From the IMG/VR virus record IMGVR_UViG_3300038976_000011, positions 1 through 62,227 of that record: DNA of 62,227 nt. One strand, given 5' to 3'. Positions within the stretch are counted from its first letter, which is position 1. Each line of letters starts with the position of its first letter. Positions 1 through 9,738 of this stretch are shown here, one piece after another. Under the pieces are notes generated by a model. That model did no database searches and had not been told where the DNA came from. It saw only the letters and a list, made by a program, of their open reading frames with translations. The position numbers were made by a program, and so were the translations under genes. The DNA comes from a virus. Its lineage: Duplodnaviria > Caudoviricetes.

Positions 1-127
1 GTCGCTGGCCGGCTACTCGGAGGTGGCCCGCATCACGGGCGCGGTCGGGGTCACCCAAACCGAGCTCACCAACGCGATCATGAAGGGCGGGTCGGCGCTC
101 GACGCGATCAAAGCCCCGCTGCAGGCG
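1..127 (+). repeat. Terminal overlap identical to 62101-62227 (assembly circularisation)
   Basis: Base-for-base identity; falls in the middle of a gene; 127 matches a common assembler k-mer size. Confidence 0.95.
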
Positions 128-3100
128 TACGCGAAGGGCTTGGACACCTCCACCATCGAGGGTCGCGCGCAGATGACTGCGATCGACGGCACGATGGCCA
201 AGCTGGATGACTTGGCCAGCATGTACGGGAAGGGTACGGCGTCGGCGGACGCGAACTCCGCGGCGAGCCATCGGGTCGCGGAAGCCACGGTAGCGAACGA
301 CCGCTACTGGTCGGCGGCGGCGGGTACGGCGAACGCGCTGGGGATCTCGTTGGGTTCGGTGTCGGGCGGCTACACCAACATTGTCGCGACCGGCTCGGCG
401 GCCTCGAACGCGGTGCAGGACGTGAGTGCGGCGTTCATCAACTCGGCGTTGGGGGTGGCGCAGGCCAGTCAGGCGATCTCGGACCACTTCCAGTCCGCGG
501 ACAAGGCGGTGTCGCAGGCGCAGCAGGGCTTGGCGGACGCGAACCATTCGGCTGAGGCGTCGTCTCGGTCTGTCGCGGACGCCACCCACTCGCTGGCGAA
601 CGCGCGTCGTTCGCTGTCCGACGCCACACAGGGTGTCGCGACCGCTCAGGGTGCCTTGACGAAGGCGCAGGAGCAGGAGAAAGAGGCGCAGGCCGCGTTG
701 CACACGGCCCGCGAGCAGGCGATCCGCGATTTGAAGGAACTGCATCTGCAGTTGGCGGATCAGCAGGTGACGGAGCAGCAGGCGCGTGTGCGTCTCTTCG
801 ACGCCACCAAGGACGCCGCAGGGTTCGGTGTCACCAAAGAGAACGTGCACACGGTCGCGAACCAGGATGTCACCGACGAGAACGAAAGCCAGGTCAAGGC
901 GGCGCTGGACTTGCTGTCGGCGCAGAACGCCCTGAACAACGCTCTCAATTCCGGGCAGAAGTTGCGTGAGGATGTCGCGGACGCCGACAAGTCTGGTGTG
1001 GACGGCGCGAAGGGTGTCGTGTCGGCGCAGAAGGCAGTCAAGTCGGCGCACGAGCAGGTCATTTCCGCGCAGACCGGGTTGGCGAAGGCGCAGCAGCAGG
1101 TCGCGGACTCCGCGTATGGGGTGCAGCGGGCGCAGCAGGCGGTGTCGGACGCCGAGTATCAGCGTGCCCGCGCCTCGGATCGTGTGTCGCAGGCGCAGCA
1201 GACGTTGGCGGATGCGCAGGGCGCGGCTTCCCGCAGCCTGGATATTCACACGAAGGCCGGTCAGGAAAACCTGAAGATGCTGATGACGCTGTGGGCGGCG
1301 ATCGGCGCGACGGGTATGCCGGTGCAGCAGCAGTTCCAGGCGATGATCGACAACACTGCGCGGGTGATGGGGCTCTCGACGACCGCCGCGCAGCAGTACC
1401 TCACCAACCTGGGTCTCATCCCGAAGGACTTCAAGTACTCGGTGACAGCGGTCGCGGGCGCGGACCTGACGGCGATCACCAAAACCACCATCAACGGTGT
1501 CGAAATCTTCCAGTCCGGGCTCGGGAAGGGCGGTGTCGCCTCAGCGGGCCGGCTCGCCACCGGTGGCCCGGTCATCGGGCCGGGCGGTCCACGCGACGAC
1601 CTGGTGCCCCTGTGGGGGTCGCACGGCGAGTTCATGCAGCCCGCCGACTCGGTGTCCCACTACGGGCTCGGGTTCATGGAAGCGGTCCGCAAGAAGCGGC
1701 TACGGGTCGTGGGCGGTGACGGGGCCGCGATCCCCGGGTTCAAGGACGGCGGGCTGCTCGGCACCGTGATCGGTGCGATGGCCGCGTACACCAACCTGTC
1801 CACCGCTTACGTCACCGACGTCAACGCGCTCACCGTGATGGGTCTGAAGCACCCGCCGCAGCTCCCCAAGTATGTGCCGCCGCCGGTGGTCGCGCCGATG
1901 CTAGGCGGCGCGGCGGGTGTCCCCAACAAGGGCGGCAGCTACCGGGCCGGTTCGGGTGTGGCGCAGTGGACCGGGCTGGTGCTGCAAGTCCTCGCCGAAC
2001 TCGGCCAGCCGTCCAGCCTGCTACCCAACGTGCTGCGTCGCATGAACCAGGAGTCGGGCGGCAACCCGAACGCGATCAACAACTGGGACTCGAACGCCAA
2101 GAAGGGCACCCCCTCGATCGGCCTGATGCAGTGCGTTCCGCTGGATAGTGAGATCTTGACGCGCCGCGGGTGGCTGCGGCATGACCAGGTCGAGATCGGC
2201 GACGAGACGCTCGGCTACAACCCGGCGACAGGATGCTCCGAGTGGACGCGGATCACGAAGATCGTGCACTACGAGGACGCACCGGTGATCCGCATCGGCA
2301 ACAAGCACTGGTCGGCGAGGGTCACGCCGAACCACCGGTGGTGGTCGGACACGATGGTCGACGAGCGGGAGTCGTTCGATAGCTGCCCGGAATGCGGCTG
2401 GAAGTCGCGGGCGAAGAAGACGCCGTCCCGTGGCGTGCAGGTGCATCGCATGAAGATGCACGGCGCGGCGAACACGCCCACCCGACGGTCGCTGCTTCGC
2501 GGGGAGTTTGTGCGGTCGGACACCTTCCGGAACACGCACCGGCTCCGTGTCGCGGCCCCGGCAGCGACAGACCGCGGGATCGACCTGCTGCCGGACGAGG
2601 TCCGGATCGTGGCGTGGATTGTCGGCGACGGCCATATCACCAAGGATGGCGACGCCACGATCTACCAAAGCAAGCCGGACATGGTGGTGCTTCTACGCGC
2701 ACTGCTCGCCGACGTGCCGCACACCGAGGACGTTCGGCACCGCAATACCCGGCACTTGCCGGCGCACGCGTTCCGGCTGCGGCGGGCGTTTGGCCGGGAA
2801 CTGTGGAAGCGATCCCGCATCGACGAACTCGGCCCGGAGGCGTTCGTTCTCGCGCTCGACGCCGCACAGCGCCACGCCTTCCTCGACGCGATGATCCAAG
2901 CGGAAGGACACACCGCCGACAACTTCACCAGGATCGCCCAGGTGAACGGCCCGGTGCAGGACGCAATCAAGCTCGCGGTGTTCCTCGAGGGATACCGGCC
3001 GACTTACTCCGCGAACTCGGCGGAGAGGAACGGCTACCAGCCCGCGGGCACCATCGGGATGGCTCGCCCGCATGTGGCTCCGGCGATGTTCGATGAGCCG

Positions 3101-3541
3101 CAGGACACCGGAGTGGAGACAGTCTGGTGCGTGAAGACTGACCTGGAGACCTGGACGATGCGCCAGGACGGCCAGATCATGCTGACCGGTAACACCATCG
3201 GCCCGACCTTCAACCGGTGGGCTGGCCCGTACGTCGGGCGCGGAATCTACGACCCGCTCGCCAACATTTACGCCGGCATCAACTACGCCATCCACCGCTA
3301 CCCAAGCTTGCAGTACGCCATGGACAAGCCAGGCGGCTACAAGCGCGGCGGCTGGCTGATGCCTGGTCAGTTGGCCTACAACGAGACGTCGACGCCGGAG
3401 CCGGTGCTGTCCAGCGAGCAGTGGGATGCGCTGATAAACAGCCGGCGGGGCGGCGACCGGCACTACCACCTGACCGCTGTCACCCAAGCCCACCAGATTG
3501 ATCTTGGCGCCAAGTTCGCGCTGCTGGAGGCGATGTCGTGA
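1..3541 (+). CDS. Tape measure protein, 3' part, with coiled-coil region and intein-interrupted lytic transglycosylase (SLT) domain
   Basis: Q/A-rich coiled coil; SLT motifs QESGGNPNAINNWD...GLMQ / TIGPTF...DPLANIYAGINY; lies directly upstream of the distal tail gene. Confidence 0.92.
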   Translation, partial: SLAGYSEVARITGAVGVTQTELTNAIMKGGSALDAIKAPLQAYAKGLDTSTIEGRAQMTAIDGTMAKLDDLASMYGKGTASADANSAASHRVAEATVANDRYWSAAAGTANALGISLGSVSGGYTNIVATGSAASNAVQDVSAAFINSALGVAQASQAISDHFQSADKAVSQAQQGLADANHSAEASSRSVADATHSLANARRSLSDATQGVATAQGALTKAQEQEKEAQAALHTAREQAIRDLKELHLQLADQQVTEQQARVRLFDATKDAAGFGVTKENVHTVANQDVTDENESQVKAALDLLSAQNALNNALNSGQKLREDVADADKSGVDGAKGVVSAQKAVKSAHEQVISAQTGLAKAQQQVADSAYGVQRAQQAVSDAEYQRARASDRVSQAQQTLADAQGAASRSLDIHTKAGQENLKMLMTLWAAIGATGMPVQQQFQAMIDNTARVMGLSTTAAQQYLTNLGLIPKDFKYSVTAVAGADLTAITKTTINGVEIFQSGLGKGGVASAGRLATGGPVIGPGGPRDDLVPLWGSHGEFMQPADSVSHYGLGFMEAVRKKRLRVVGGDGAAIPGFKDGGLLGTVIGAMAAYTNLSTAYVTDVNALTVMGLKHPPQLPKYVPPPVVAPMLGGAAGVPNKGGSYRAGSGVAQWTGLVLQVLAELGQPSSLLPNVLRRMNQESGGNPNAINNWDSNAKKGTPSIGLMQCVPLDSEILTRRGWLRHDQVEIGDETLGYNPATGCSEWTRITKIVHYEDAPVIRIGNKHWSARVTPNHRWWSDTMVDERESFDSCPECGWKSRAKKTPSRGVQVHRMKMHGAANTPTRRSLLRGEFVRSDTFRNTHRLRVAAPAATDRGIDLLPDEVRIVAWIVGDGHITKDGDATIYQSKPDMVVLLRALLADVPHTEDVRHRNTRHLPAHAFRLRRAFGRELWKRSRIDELGPEAFVLALDAAQRHAFLDAMIQAEGHTADNFTRIAQVNGPVQDAIKLAVFLEGYRPTYSANSAERNGYQPAGTIGMARPHVAPAMFDEPQDTGVETVWCVKTDLETWTMRQDGQIMLTGNTIGPTFNRWAGPYVGRGIYDPLANIYAGINYAIHRYPSLQYAMDKPGGYKRGGWLMPGQLAYNETSTPEPVLSSEQWDALINSRRGGDRHYHLTAVTQAHQIDLGAKFALLEAMS
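2132..3193 (+). mobile_element. Intein (354 aa) with LAGLIDADG homing endonuclease
   Basis: Starts CVPLDSEILT (block A); TPNH (block B); VAWIVGDG and FLDAMIQAEG endonuclease motifs; ends VWCVKT...LTGN followed by Thr; removal restores GLMQ-TIGPTF. Confidence 0.92.
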
Positions 3542-4413
3542 GCGAAACCTTCAGCTGGATCGACGCTGACGGTGGAAGCCTCACGATCGGCGGACCCGGG
3601 GTCAACACCTACCAGGTGGATTGGAAAGCGTCCGGCCGGTTCATGCCGAAGATCGCTACCGAGGTTGATCAGGTGCCGGGGCAGCCGGGCGGGATCCTCC
3701 GCTCAGCACGCCACGACATCCACGACTTCGTGCTGCCGCTGTCGATCGCCACCACCACCGAGTCCAGTCTCCGCACCCTGCTGCGGGACCTCATGTACCG
3801 CATGGACCCAACCCGCGGCCCGGGGAAGATCCGTGTTGTCTCCCCGGTCGGGGACCAACGCGAAATCAACTGCGTCTACACCGCCGGCTTGGAAGTGGAG
3901 GAGCAGGAAGGCCCGTCCGGGCCGACGTACCAGGCGTGCCCGGTCGCGTTCACCGCGCATGACCCGTACTGGTACGACGTGTCCCCCACCTCGAAGACGT
4001 TCGTGTTGACCTCGCTGCCGTCCTTCTTCCCGATCTTCCCGATCCAGCTGACGGCGTCGCAGCTGGTGGTGGATGACACGATCCTCAACGACGGGGATGT
4101 GGAGACGTGGCCGGTGTGGACGATCACCGGTCCGGGCGCCTCGATCACGTTGCGGAACTCGACGACCGGGAAGCTGCTGTCCATCCCGTCGATCACGCTC
4201 ACCGCCGGGCAAGTGTTGACGATTGACACCCGCCCAGGCGCGAAGTCGGTACTGCTCGACGACGGCACCAGCCAGTTCTCCAGCGTCGACTGGACGGTGT
4301 CGACGCTGTGGCAGCTCCTGAAGGGCACCACCGTGATCCGGCTGGAGATGACCGGTATCACCGCGGCATCGGCGCTGTCGGTGTCCTACTACCAGCGGTA
4401 CCTGTCGCCGTGA
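3538..4413 (+). CDS. Distal tail (Dit-like) protein
   Basis: Follows the tape measure gene; FTAHDPYWY and NDGDVETWPVWTITGP motifs. Confidence 0.85.
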   Translation: MSETFSWIDADGGSLTIGGPGVNTYQVDWKASGRFMPKIATEVDQVPGQPGGILRSARHDIHDFVLPLSIATTTESSLRTLLRDLMYRMDPTRGPGKIRVVSPVGDQREINCVYTAGLEVEEQEGPSGPTYQACPVAFTAHDPYWYDVSPTSKTFVLTSLPSFFPIFPIQLTASQLVVDDTILNDGDVETWPVWTITGPGASITLRNSTTGKLLSIPSITLTAGQVLTIDTRPGAKSVLLDDGTSQFSSVDWTVSTLWQLLKGTTVIRLEMTGITAASALSVSYYQRYLSP

Positions 4414-5597
4414 CCCTCACCCCCTACCCGTGGCGGGTGCTGGTCCGCAACGGCGACCTCGAGATTGTCGGCGAGCTCGACGACTACCAGTCGCTGGACA
4501 TGCAGTTGAAGTTCAACGACGTGTCGAAGTGGTCGATCACGATCGACCGCCGAAACCGGTTGGCGTCGGCGCTGATCGCACCCGGTGGGGGGATCATCGT
4601 CACCCGAGACGGGGAAACGGTGCTGTCCGGTGACTCGGACGGTGACCGCTCCCATCAGCGGGACGCCGGCACCAACAAGCTCACCATCAACGGCTCCGAC
4701 GACACCGTGTGGCTGAAAACCAGGCAGGCGCATCCGCAACCGAGTTCAACCGCGCCGCCGTACAGCACCACCGCCGAGCACGTCGTCACCGGGATCGCGT
4801 CGTCGGCGATGGCTGTGTTCGTGGTGTTCGATGTGGGGCCGGCTGCCCCGGTCGTGGGACGCCGGAAGCTGGCTGGCTACACCGACGCCGGGTTCGGGAC
4901 GTCGGGGACGTGGCGTGGCAGGTGGCAGCCGCTGCTCACCCTGTTCCAGGAGATCGCGACCGCGAGCCCTTCAGCGGGGATCCCGTGCGGGTTCCGCATC
5001 GTGCAGCAGGTCGGCGTCGGGTTGTGGTTCGAAACCTACCGCCCGGTGGACCGCACCGACGACGTGATCTTTTCGTTCGGGCGGGAAAACCTGCTCGGCA
5101 TCGACTACCGCCACACCCCACCCGAAGCGAACTACGTGTACGTGGGCGGCCAGGGCGACGGCACCGCCCGCACCATCTACGAGCAGGGTGACGCGGCGTC
5201 GATCGCCAAATGGGGTCGCAAAGAAGCGTTCGTGGACGCCTCGTCGGCCGCCAACACGGGTGAGCTCGCGCAGGCCGCCACGAAAGCCCTCACCGAAATG
5301 GGTGAGAAGTCGAGCCTCGGGATCCGGCCGGTGGATACGCCGGCGCTGGCGTACGGCGTCCACTACGGGCTCGGGGACCGGGTCACCGCGGTCATGGATG
5401 AGGTCGGCCCGGACGGCGACGAGCTGCTCGGCGACGTCATCACCGACTTGGTTCGGGAGTGCTCGATCAAACTCGCCCCCGACTCCACGACGATCACCCC
5501 GGCGATCGGCACCGACGGCGGAGCGGTGAAACCGGTGAAGTTCCTGGACCAGATCGACGCCCTGAAGAAGCGCATGAACAACAGAGAGAGGGGGTAG
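4410..5597 (+). CDS. Minor tail / baseplate hub protein (ReqiPepy6 gp37-like)
   Basis: GTGA coupling to Dit; YVGGQGDGTAR, WGRKEAFVD and YGVHYGLGDRVT motifs. Confidence 0.8.
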   Translation: MTLTPYPWRVLVRNGDLEIVGELDDYQSLDMQLKFNDVSKWSITIDRRNRLASALIAPGGGIIVTRDGETVLSGDSDGDRSHQRDAGTNKLTINGSDDTVWLKTRQAHPQPSSTAPPYSTTAEHVVTGIASSAMAVFVVFDVGPAAPVVGRRKLAGYTDAGFGTSGTWRGRWQPLLTLFQEIATASPSAGIPCGFRIVQQVGVGLWFETYRPVDRTDDVIFSFGRENLLGIDYRHTPPEANYVYVGGQGDGTARTIYEQGDAASIAKWGRKEAFVDASSAANTGELAQAATKALTEMGEKSSLGIRPVDTPALAYGVHYGLGDRVTAVMDEVGPDGDELLGDVITDLVRECSIKLAPDSTTITPAIGTDGGAVKPVKFLDQIDALKKRMNNRERG

Positions 5598-5602
5598 GTG
5601 GG

Positions 5603-6640
5603 ATGCCGACGACGGTTGATGCGTACGCCCCCTTCGACTCCGGGCCCGGCGCGAACGTCACAGAGGCTGGGTGGCAGGCCATGATGCGCCGGATGGGTAA
5701 CCCTGGCGTGATCCCGGGCAGCCTCAACGGCTGGCAGGTGTACGCCGACAGCACGGGCATGCAGGTCAAGGTCAAAACCGGTGAGGGGTGGGCGGAAGGG
5801 TTCTGGGGTTCCACGTCGACGGAGCGGACCCTCGCTATCGCGGCCGCCAATGCGACGAACCCCCGCAAAGACCTGGTGGTGTGGCGGGTCGACGTCACCA
5901 ACAACAGGGTCGAGCTGGACGTGATCACCGGTACCGCCGCGGCGTCTCCCACCGAGCCTGCGTTGACCCGGAACACGTCGGTCTACGAGACACCGTTGGC
6001 GGTCGTGGATGTGCCGGCCACGGACACCTCGATCGACGCCGCGCAGGTGCTGGACGTGCGGTGGTTCGGTGGGCCACCGTCCCCGACGCTGCCGGACGAC
6101 AACCGCATGTTCGGTGACCAGGTCTCGACCTGCCAACGCGGGACGATCGCGGGCACCGACACCTGCCCGACCGGCAACACGTTCCTCACGTTGACCCAGG
6201 CGATCCGTGCGGTCACCGCCACCAACATCCGCTACTACCTGGCGACCGCCCGCAGCGGCGGGTTCGCTGACTGCCGCGTGTACACCGGCTACAGCCGGCA
6301 CCGGCTGACCGACGTCACCGGCAACATCTCGATCACGGACACGACCGGCGCGGGGCTCGTGCACGTCGACGCGCTGCCGTCCACCTTGAGTATCGCGGCG
6401 GGCCAGTTCGTGGCTATCGCATACCTGACCACCGTCACCACCACAGCACCGGTATTGGGTCGAGGCGCCTCGGTGACCTCCACGGAGATCCTGAACCCCT
6501 CGACCACCACCCTTGACCCACTCGGGCGGTGGTCCACCGTGTTCAAGACGGGGCAGTCGACGTTGGCGTCCACGATCACCGTGCACGTCGACGGGACCTG
6601 GTCCAAGAGAGACAGGAGTTTCTGGTTCGCGCTCGGCTGA
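5603..6640 (+). CDS. Minor tail protein / putative receptor-binding protein
   Basis: N-terminus typical of actinophage minor tail proteins (PFDSGPGA...PRKDLVV); Thr-rich beta-type C-terminus. Confidence 0.7.
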   Translation: MPTTVDAYAPFDSGPGANVTEAGWQAMMRRMGNPGVIPGSLNGWQVYADSTGMQVKVKTGEGWAEGFWGSTSTERTLAIAAANATNPRKDLVVWRVDVTNNRVELDVITGTAAASPTEPALTRNTSVYETPLAVVDVPATDTSIDAAQVLDVRWFGGPPSPTLPDDNRMFGDQVSTCQRGTIAGTDTCPTGNTFLTLTQAIRAVTATNIRYYLATARSGGFADCRVYTGYSRHRLTDVTGNISITDTTGAGLVHVDALPSTLSIAAGQFVAIAYLTTVTTTAPVLGRGASVTSTEILNPSTTTLDPLGRWSTVFKTGQSTLASTITVHVDGTWSKRDRSFWFALG

Positions 6641-6703
6641 CCATGTGCATCACCAGGATGGCGGGATCCTATGGGTTGCAACAGAAGAAGGGGAGGGAGC
6701 TGC

Positions 6704-6967
6704 GTGGACGCTAGCTCGATCATCGCGTTGATCAGCGTTGTCGCGGCTCTGTTGACAACGATCCTCGGCGGCACAGTCAAACACTTGCTGGGCAAGTTGA
6801 ACACAGCTGAGACGTTGGTGGATGCGAAACAGGAAACGATCGAGGAGCTGCGCCGCCAGTTGTCTGAGCACAGGATCACGGCGCAGATCCAGGACCGGTT
6901 CTTTTCGCAGCTGCCGCCGGGGGCAAGTGCGTACCGTCCACCGCCTCGGGGGGGCGACGAGAAGTGA
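6704..6967 (+). CDS. Small membrane protein (lysis cassette)
   Basis: N-terminal TM helix plus coiled coil; strong RBS. Confidence 0.6.
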   Translation: MDASSIIALISVVAALLTTILGGTVKHLLGKLNTAETLVDAKQETIEELRRQLSEHRITAQIQDRFFSQLPPGASAYRPPPRGGDEK

Positions 6968-7161
6968 GTTTGCGACGCCGCAGGAAGCTTCGGGAGTTGG
7001 AACGTGAGCTGCGTGAAGCCCGCCGCGAGCATGAGCGGTTGGTGCTGGAGGGTCGGGAGCGGGAACCGCAGCTGAAGCGCTTGAAGCGTGAGTTGCAGGA
7101 CAACCGGTTCGCGGAGCGGCTGATTGAGAGCTTGGAACAGACCCGCCGGAGGCACACGTGA
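6964..7161 (+). CDS. Small basic coiled-coil protein (lysis cassette)
   Basis: GTGA-coupled on both sides. Confidence 0.6.
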   Translation: MSLRRRRKLRELERELREARREHERLVLEGREREPQLKRLKRELQDNRFAERLIESLEQTRRRHT

Positions 7162-7547
7162 TCAACTGGATGATGAGCTTACCGTCCTTCGGTAAGCTGC
7201 TGGTCTACACCCTGCTGGGTGAGGGGATCTGCGCCTGCTGGGCGTTCGTGGTCCTGTACACGCTGCGGCACAAGTGGTGGCACAACCAGTTCGGGCGGCA
7301 CCTGGTGGCGCTGTCGTCATGTCTGGGTGCGTTCCTCACCTACTACGGGCTGCTCGTGTTCTGGCCTGACATGCCGGCGCGGGACACGGTTCGCATGGTG
7401 CTGTTCGTGGCACTGATCATCGTGATCAACCAGAGGTTGTGGGTGTTCGGCCGATACGAACGCGCCCGCCGGCGGGACGGCCACCCGCCGCTACACGGGC
7501 ACTTCGAACCCGAAGACAGCGAAGGCCCCCCTGATGCCGTTCATTGA
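7158..7547 (+). CDS. Holin-like membrane protein (3 TM)
   Basis: Three hydrophobic segments, WWHNQFGRHLV loop, upstream of the endolysin. Confidence 0.6.
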   Translation: MINWMMSLPSFGKLLVYTLLGEGICACWAFVVLYTLRHKWWHNQFGRHLVALSSCLGAFLTYYGLLVFWPDMPARDTVRMVLFVALIIVINQRLWVFGRYERARRRDGHPPLHGHFEPEDSEGPPDAVH

Positions 7548-8004
7548 GGCACCCCTGGATGTCACCAAGGTGGGGGACACCACCTGGGAACTCCGTTCCC
7601 CAGTCACCTACATCGGGGACTACGGCACCTACACCGTGCCCGTCGGCTATGTCACCGATTTCGCCAGCGTGCCGCGCCCGTTGTGGATCCTGTTCCCCCA
7701 GTCGGGCCGGTGGGACACGGCGGCGGTCGTCCATGACTGGCTCATCACTGACCTGCTGCCGGCTGCTGGCATCACCTCACCTCACGTCGACGCCGAGTTC
7801 CGTGGCGCGTTGAAGGCGATCAAGCCGGTCAGGGTGGGTTTCGTTCGCCGCTGGTTGATGTGGGCGGGTGTCCGGTGGGCGGCTCTGCCGAATCCGGTGC
7901 GCCGGCCCGGGTGGCTGGGCACGCTGCCTCAACTGCTGGCTGTTACGGCGGCTGCGTTGGCCCCACTCGCGGCGGCTGTGACAGCGGCCGTTGTTCTGCT
8001 CTGA
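7534..8004 (+). CDS. DUF1353-family protein
   Basis: VPVGYVTDFASVPR...AAVVHDWL motif. Confidence 0.85.
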   Translation: MPFIEAPLDVTKVGDTTWELRSPVTYIGDYGTYTVPVGYVTDFASVPRPLWILFPQSGRWDTAAVVHDWLITDLLPAAGITSPHVDAEFRGALKAIKPVRVGFVRRWLMWAGVRWAALPNPVRRPGWLGTLPQLLAVTAAALAPLAAAVTAAVVLL

Positions 8005-8029
8005 CTGTCCCACGAGAGGGGAAACAAGC

Positions 8030-8950
8030 ATGGCAGTTATGTCCGGGTCCCATTTCCTGGCCGCCGCGACCGGCCCCCCCATGTCCCGCTACGACGTGCT
8101 GTGTGTGCACACCATCGTCGGGCGTGCACCAGCGAACGCCGCCCACTTCTCCACCAACGCCGACGGCTACGTGTGGCAGTCCCGAGACACCCGCTACCAG
8201 TCGGCCGCCAACTACTACGGCAACCCTCGGGTGATCGCGGTCGAGAACGAAGACATGGGTCCCGCGTACGGTGCGTGGAACACCAACGACGGGCACGCGG
8301 TGCCCGGGTTCACGGCTCCGCAGGTGGAGTCGATCGCACAAATCTGTGCGTGGGCGAACCGAACCCACGGCATCCCGCTGGTGTTGTGCCCCGACTCCCG
8401 CCCGGGTTCGCGGGGCGTCGCCTACCACCGGCAGGGCATCTCCGGTAACTGGGCGGGGTTCGCCTACGGCGGACTTGTGTCCGGCGGCGAGGTGTGGACC
8501 CGCAGCCCCGGGAAGGTGTGCCCCGGCGACAGGCGGATCACCCAGGTCATCACGCAGATCATCCCCCGAGCTCGACAGATCGCAGGACTGGAGCAGGACA
8601 TGCAGGCAGACGAGCGCAGCTGGTTGGCGGATATCCATGAGGCCGTCATCTCCGGAATCAACTGGAGCACGAAGCACACCAAGGACCAGCTCTACAAGGT
8701 GCTGGGTGACGTCGCGAACCGTACTGTGGAAGCCGCGAACGCTGCTGGTGTTCGAGCGGACGCCGCCGCAGCGAAGGTGGACGCGTTGGCGGGAACGTTG
8801 GCGTCCGCTGCCCGCGAGGCCGTGGCCACTCACCTCGCGGCGAACCCCGTCACCGTCGCTGTCGACTACGAGGCATTAGCGAAGGCTGTGAACGACGACG
8901 CCGACGCCCGCGCCCGCGACCGTGACCCCTCCACCGGCCCGACCTCCTGA
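8030..8950 (+). CDS. Endolysin, N-acetylmuramoyl-L-alanine amidase (Amidase_2-like)
   Basis: CVHT, AHF, IAVENE, GVAYHR and KVCPG zinc-amidase motifs. Confidence 0.85.
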   Translation: MAVMSGSHFLAAATGPPMSRYDVLCVHTIVGRAPANAAHFSTNADGYVWQSRDTRYQSAANYYGNPRVIAVENEDMGPAYGAWNTNDGHAVPGFTAPQVESIAQICAWANRTHGIPLVLCPDSRPGSRGVAYHRQGISGNWAGFAYGGLVSGGEVWTRSPGKVCPGDRRITQVITQIIPRARQIAGLEQDMQADERSWLADIHEAVISGINWSTKHTKDQLYKVLGDVANRTVEAANAAGVRADAAAAKVDALAGTLASAAREAVATHLAANPVTVAVDYEALAKAVNDDADARARDRDPSTGPTS

Positions 8951-8963
8951 AAGGGGATCTGAC

Positions 8964-9377
8964 ATGCCCAACTGGTTCGCTGGTGTCGCTGACCGCGCCT
9001 CCCGCACCGCGCTCCAAACCATCGCCGGCTACCTGGCGGTAGCTCACGGATTCACCGAGGTCCACTGGTTACCGGCTCTGTCGGCGGCTGGGTTCGCGGT
9101 GCTGCTGTCGCTGCTCACGTCGCTGGTCGGGTCCCCGTCGTTCGGTGAGTCGTGGGGGTTCCAGGTCGCTGAGCGTGCGGTGAAGACGTTCGGTCAGTCG
9201 CTGCTCGCCGGGATCGGTGCGGCGACGCTGTTCGCTGATGTGGATTGGCGGACCGCGTTGAACGCTGCGGCGTTGGCGGCTGTCGCGTCGGCGGTGACGA
9301 GTGTGATGACCACCCGTGTTGGGGCTGGTCTGAGCCGCGGTCAGGTGGATCTGTCGGTGCCCCCGAACCGGGCCTGA
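8964..9377 (+). CDS. Holin with tandem r1t-type domains
   Basis: Two copies of (D/E)RAxxTxxQ...V(H/D)WxxALxAA...SxxTS; directly after the endolysin. Confidence 0.8.
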   Translation: MPNWFAGVADRASRTALQTIAGYLAVAHGFTEVHWLPALSAAGFAVLLSLLTSLVGSPSFGESWGFQVAERAVKTFGQSLLAGIGAATLFADVDWRTALNAAALAAVASAVTSVMTTRVGAGLSRGQVDLSVPPNRA

Positions 9378-9425
9378 CTGTTCTTTCTCCAGCTGCCGGT
9401 CGGGGCTTCACCCTCCCTGTCCGGT

Positions 9426-9495
9426 GACAAGGCCCCCGCAACCTGGATCGTCTCGTCCCCTCGGGCGATCCGTGGTTGCGGGGGCCTCCTTTGTC
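9426..9495. terminator. Long stem-loop between convergent lysis and accessory transcripts (probable bidirectional terminator)
   Basis: GGCCCCCGCAACC...GGTTGCGGGGGCC 13-bp stem, extended by inner GGATCG/CGATCC and outer GACAA/TTGTC pairs. Confidence 0.7.
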
Positions 9496-9507
9496 ATGCC
9501 CGCCACT

Positions 9508-9738
9508 TCACTTGCCGCGAGCGGCCCAGTAGCCGGCTTCCTGTCGCAACTGCTCCAGCGTGGACTTCAACGTCGCCACCGGCGGCAGGTTCGGCGGCGG
9601 GGTTCCGATGCCGCCGTCCGCGCACAGCACTCCATCACGGAAGTACTCCACATCCCACTGCGTCTCGTTCCGCTGTACGGCGCGCGCCGTGAACTTGTAC
9701 GGATCGCTGTCGTCTTCAAGAGTCAAGATCAAGGTCAT
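9508..9738 (-). CDS. Hypothetical protein
   Basis: ATGA-coupled to the recombinase stop. Confidence 0.6.
   Translation of the reverse strand: MTLILTLEDDSDPYKFTARAVQRNETQWDVEYFRDGVLCADGGIGTPPPNLPPVATLKSTLEQLRQEAGYWAARGK

Noticed and set aside
460-1240. Repetitive GCGCAG-rich DNA in the tape measure gene as a repeat element
   Set aside because: It reflects ordinary Ala/Gln coiled-coil periodicity of tape measure proteins.
2132-3193. Class 3 intein assignment because of the block F Cys
   Set aside because: The intein retains Cys1, so standard class 1 splicing is the simpler reading.
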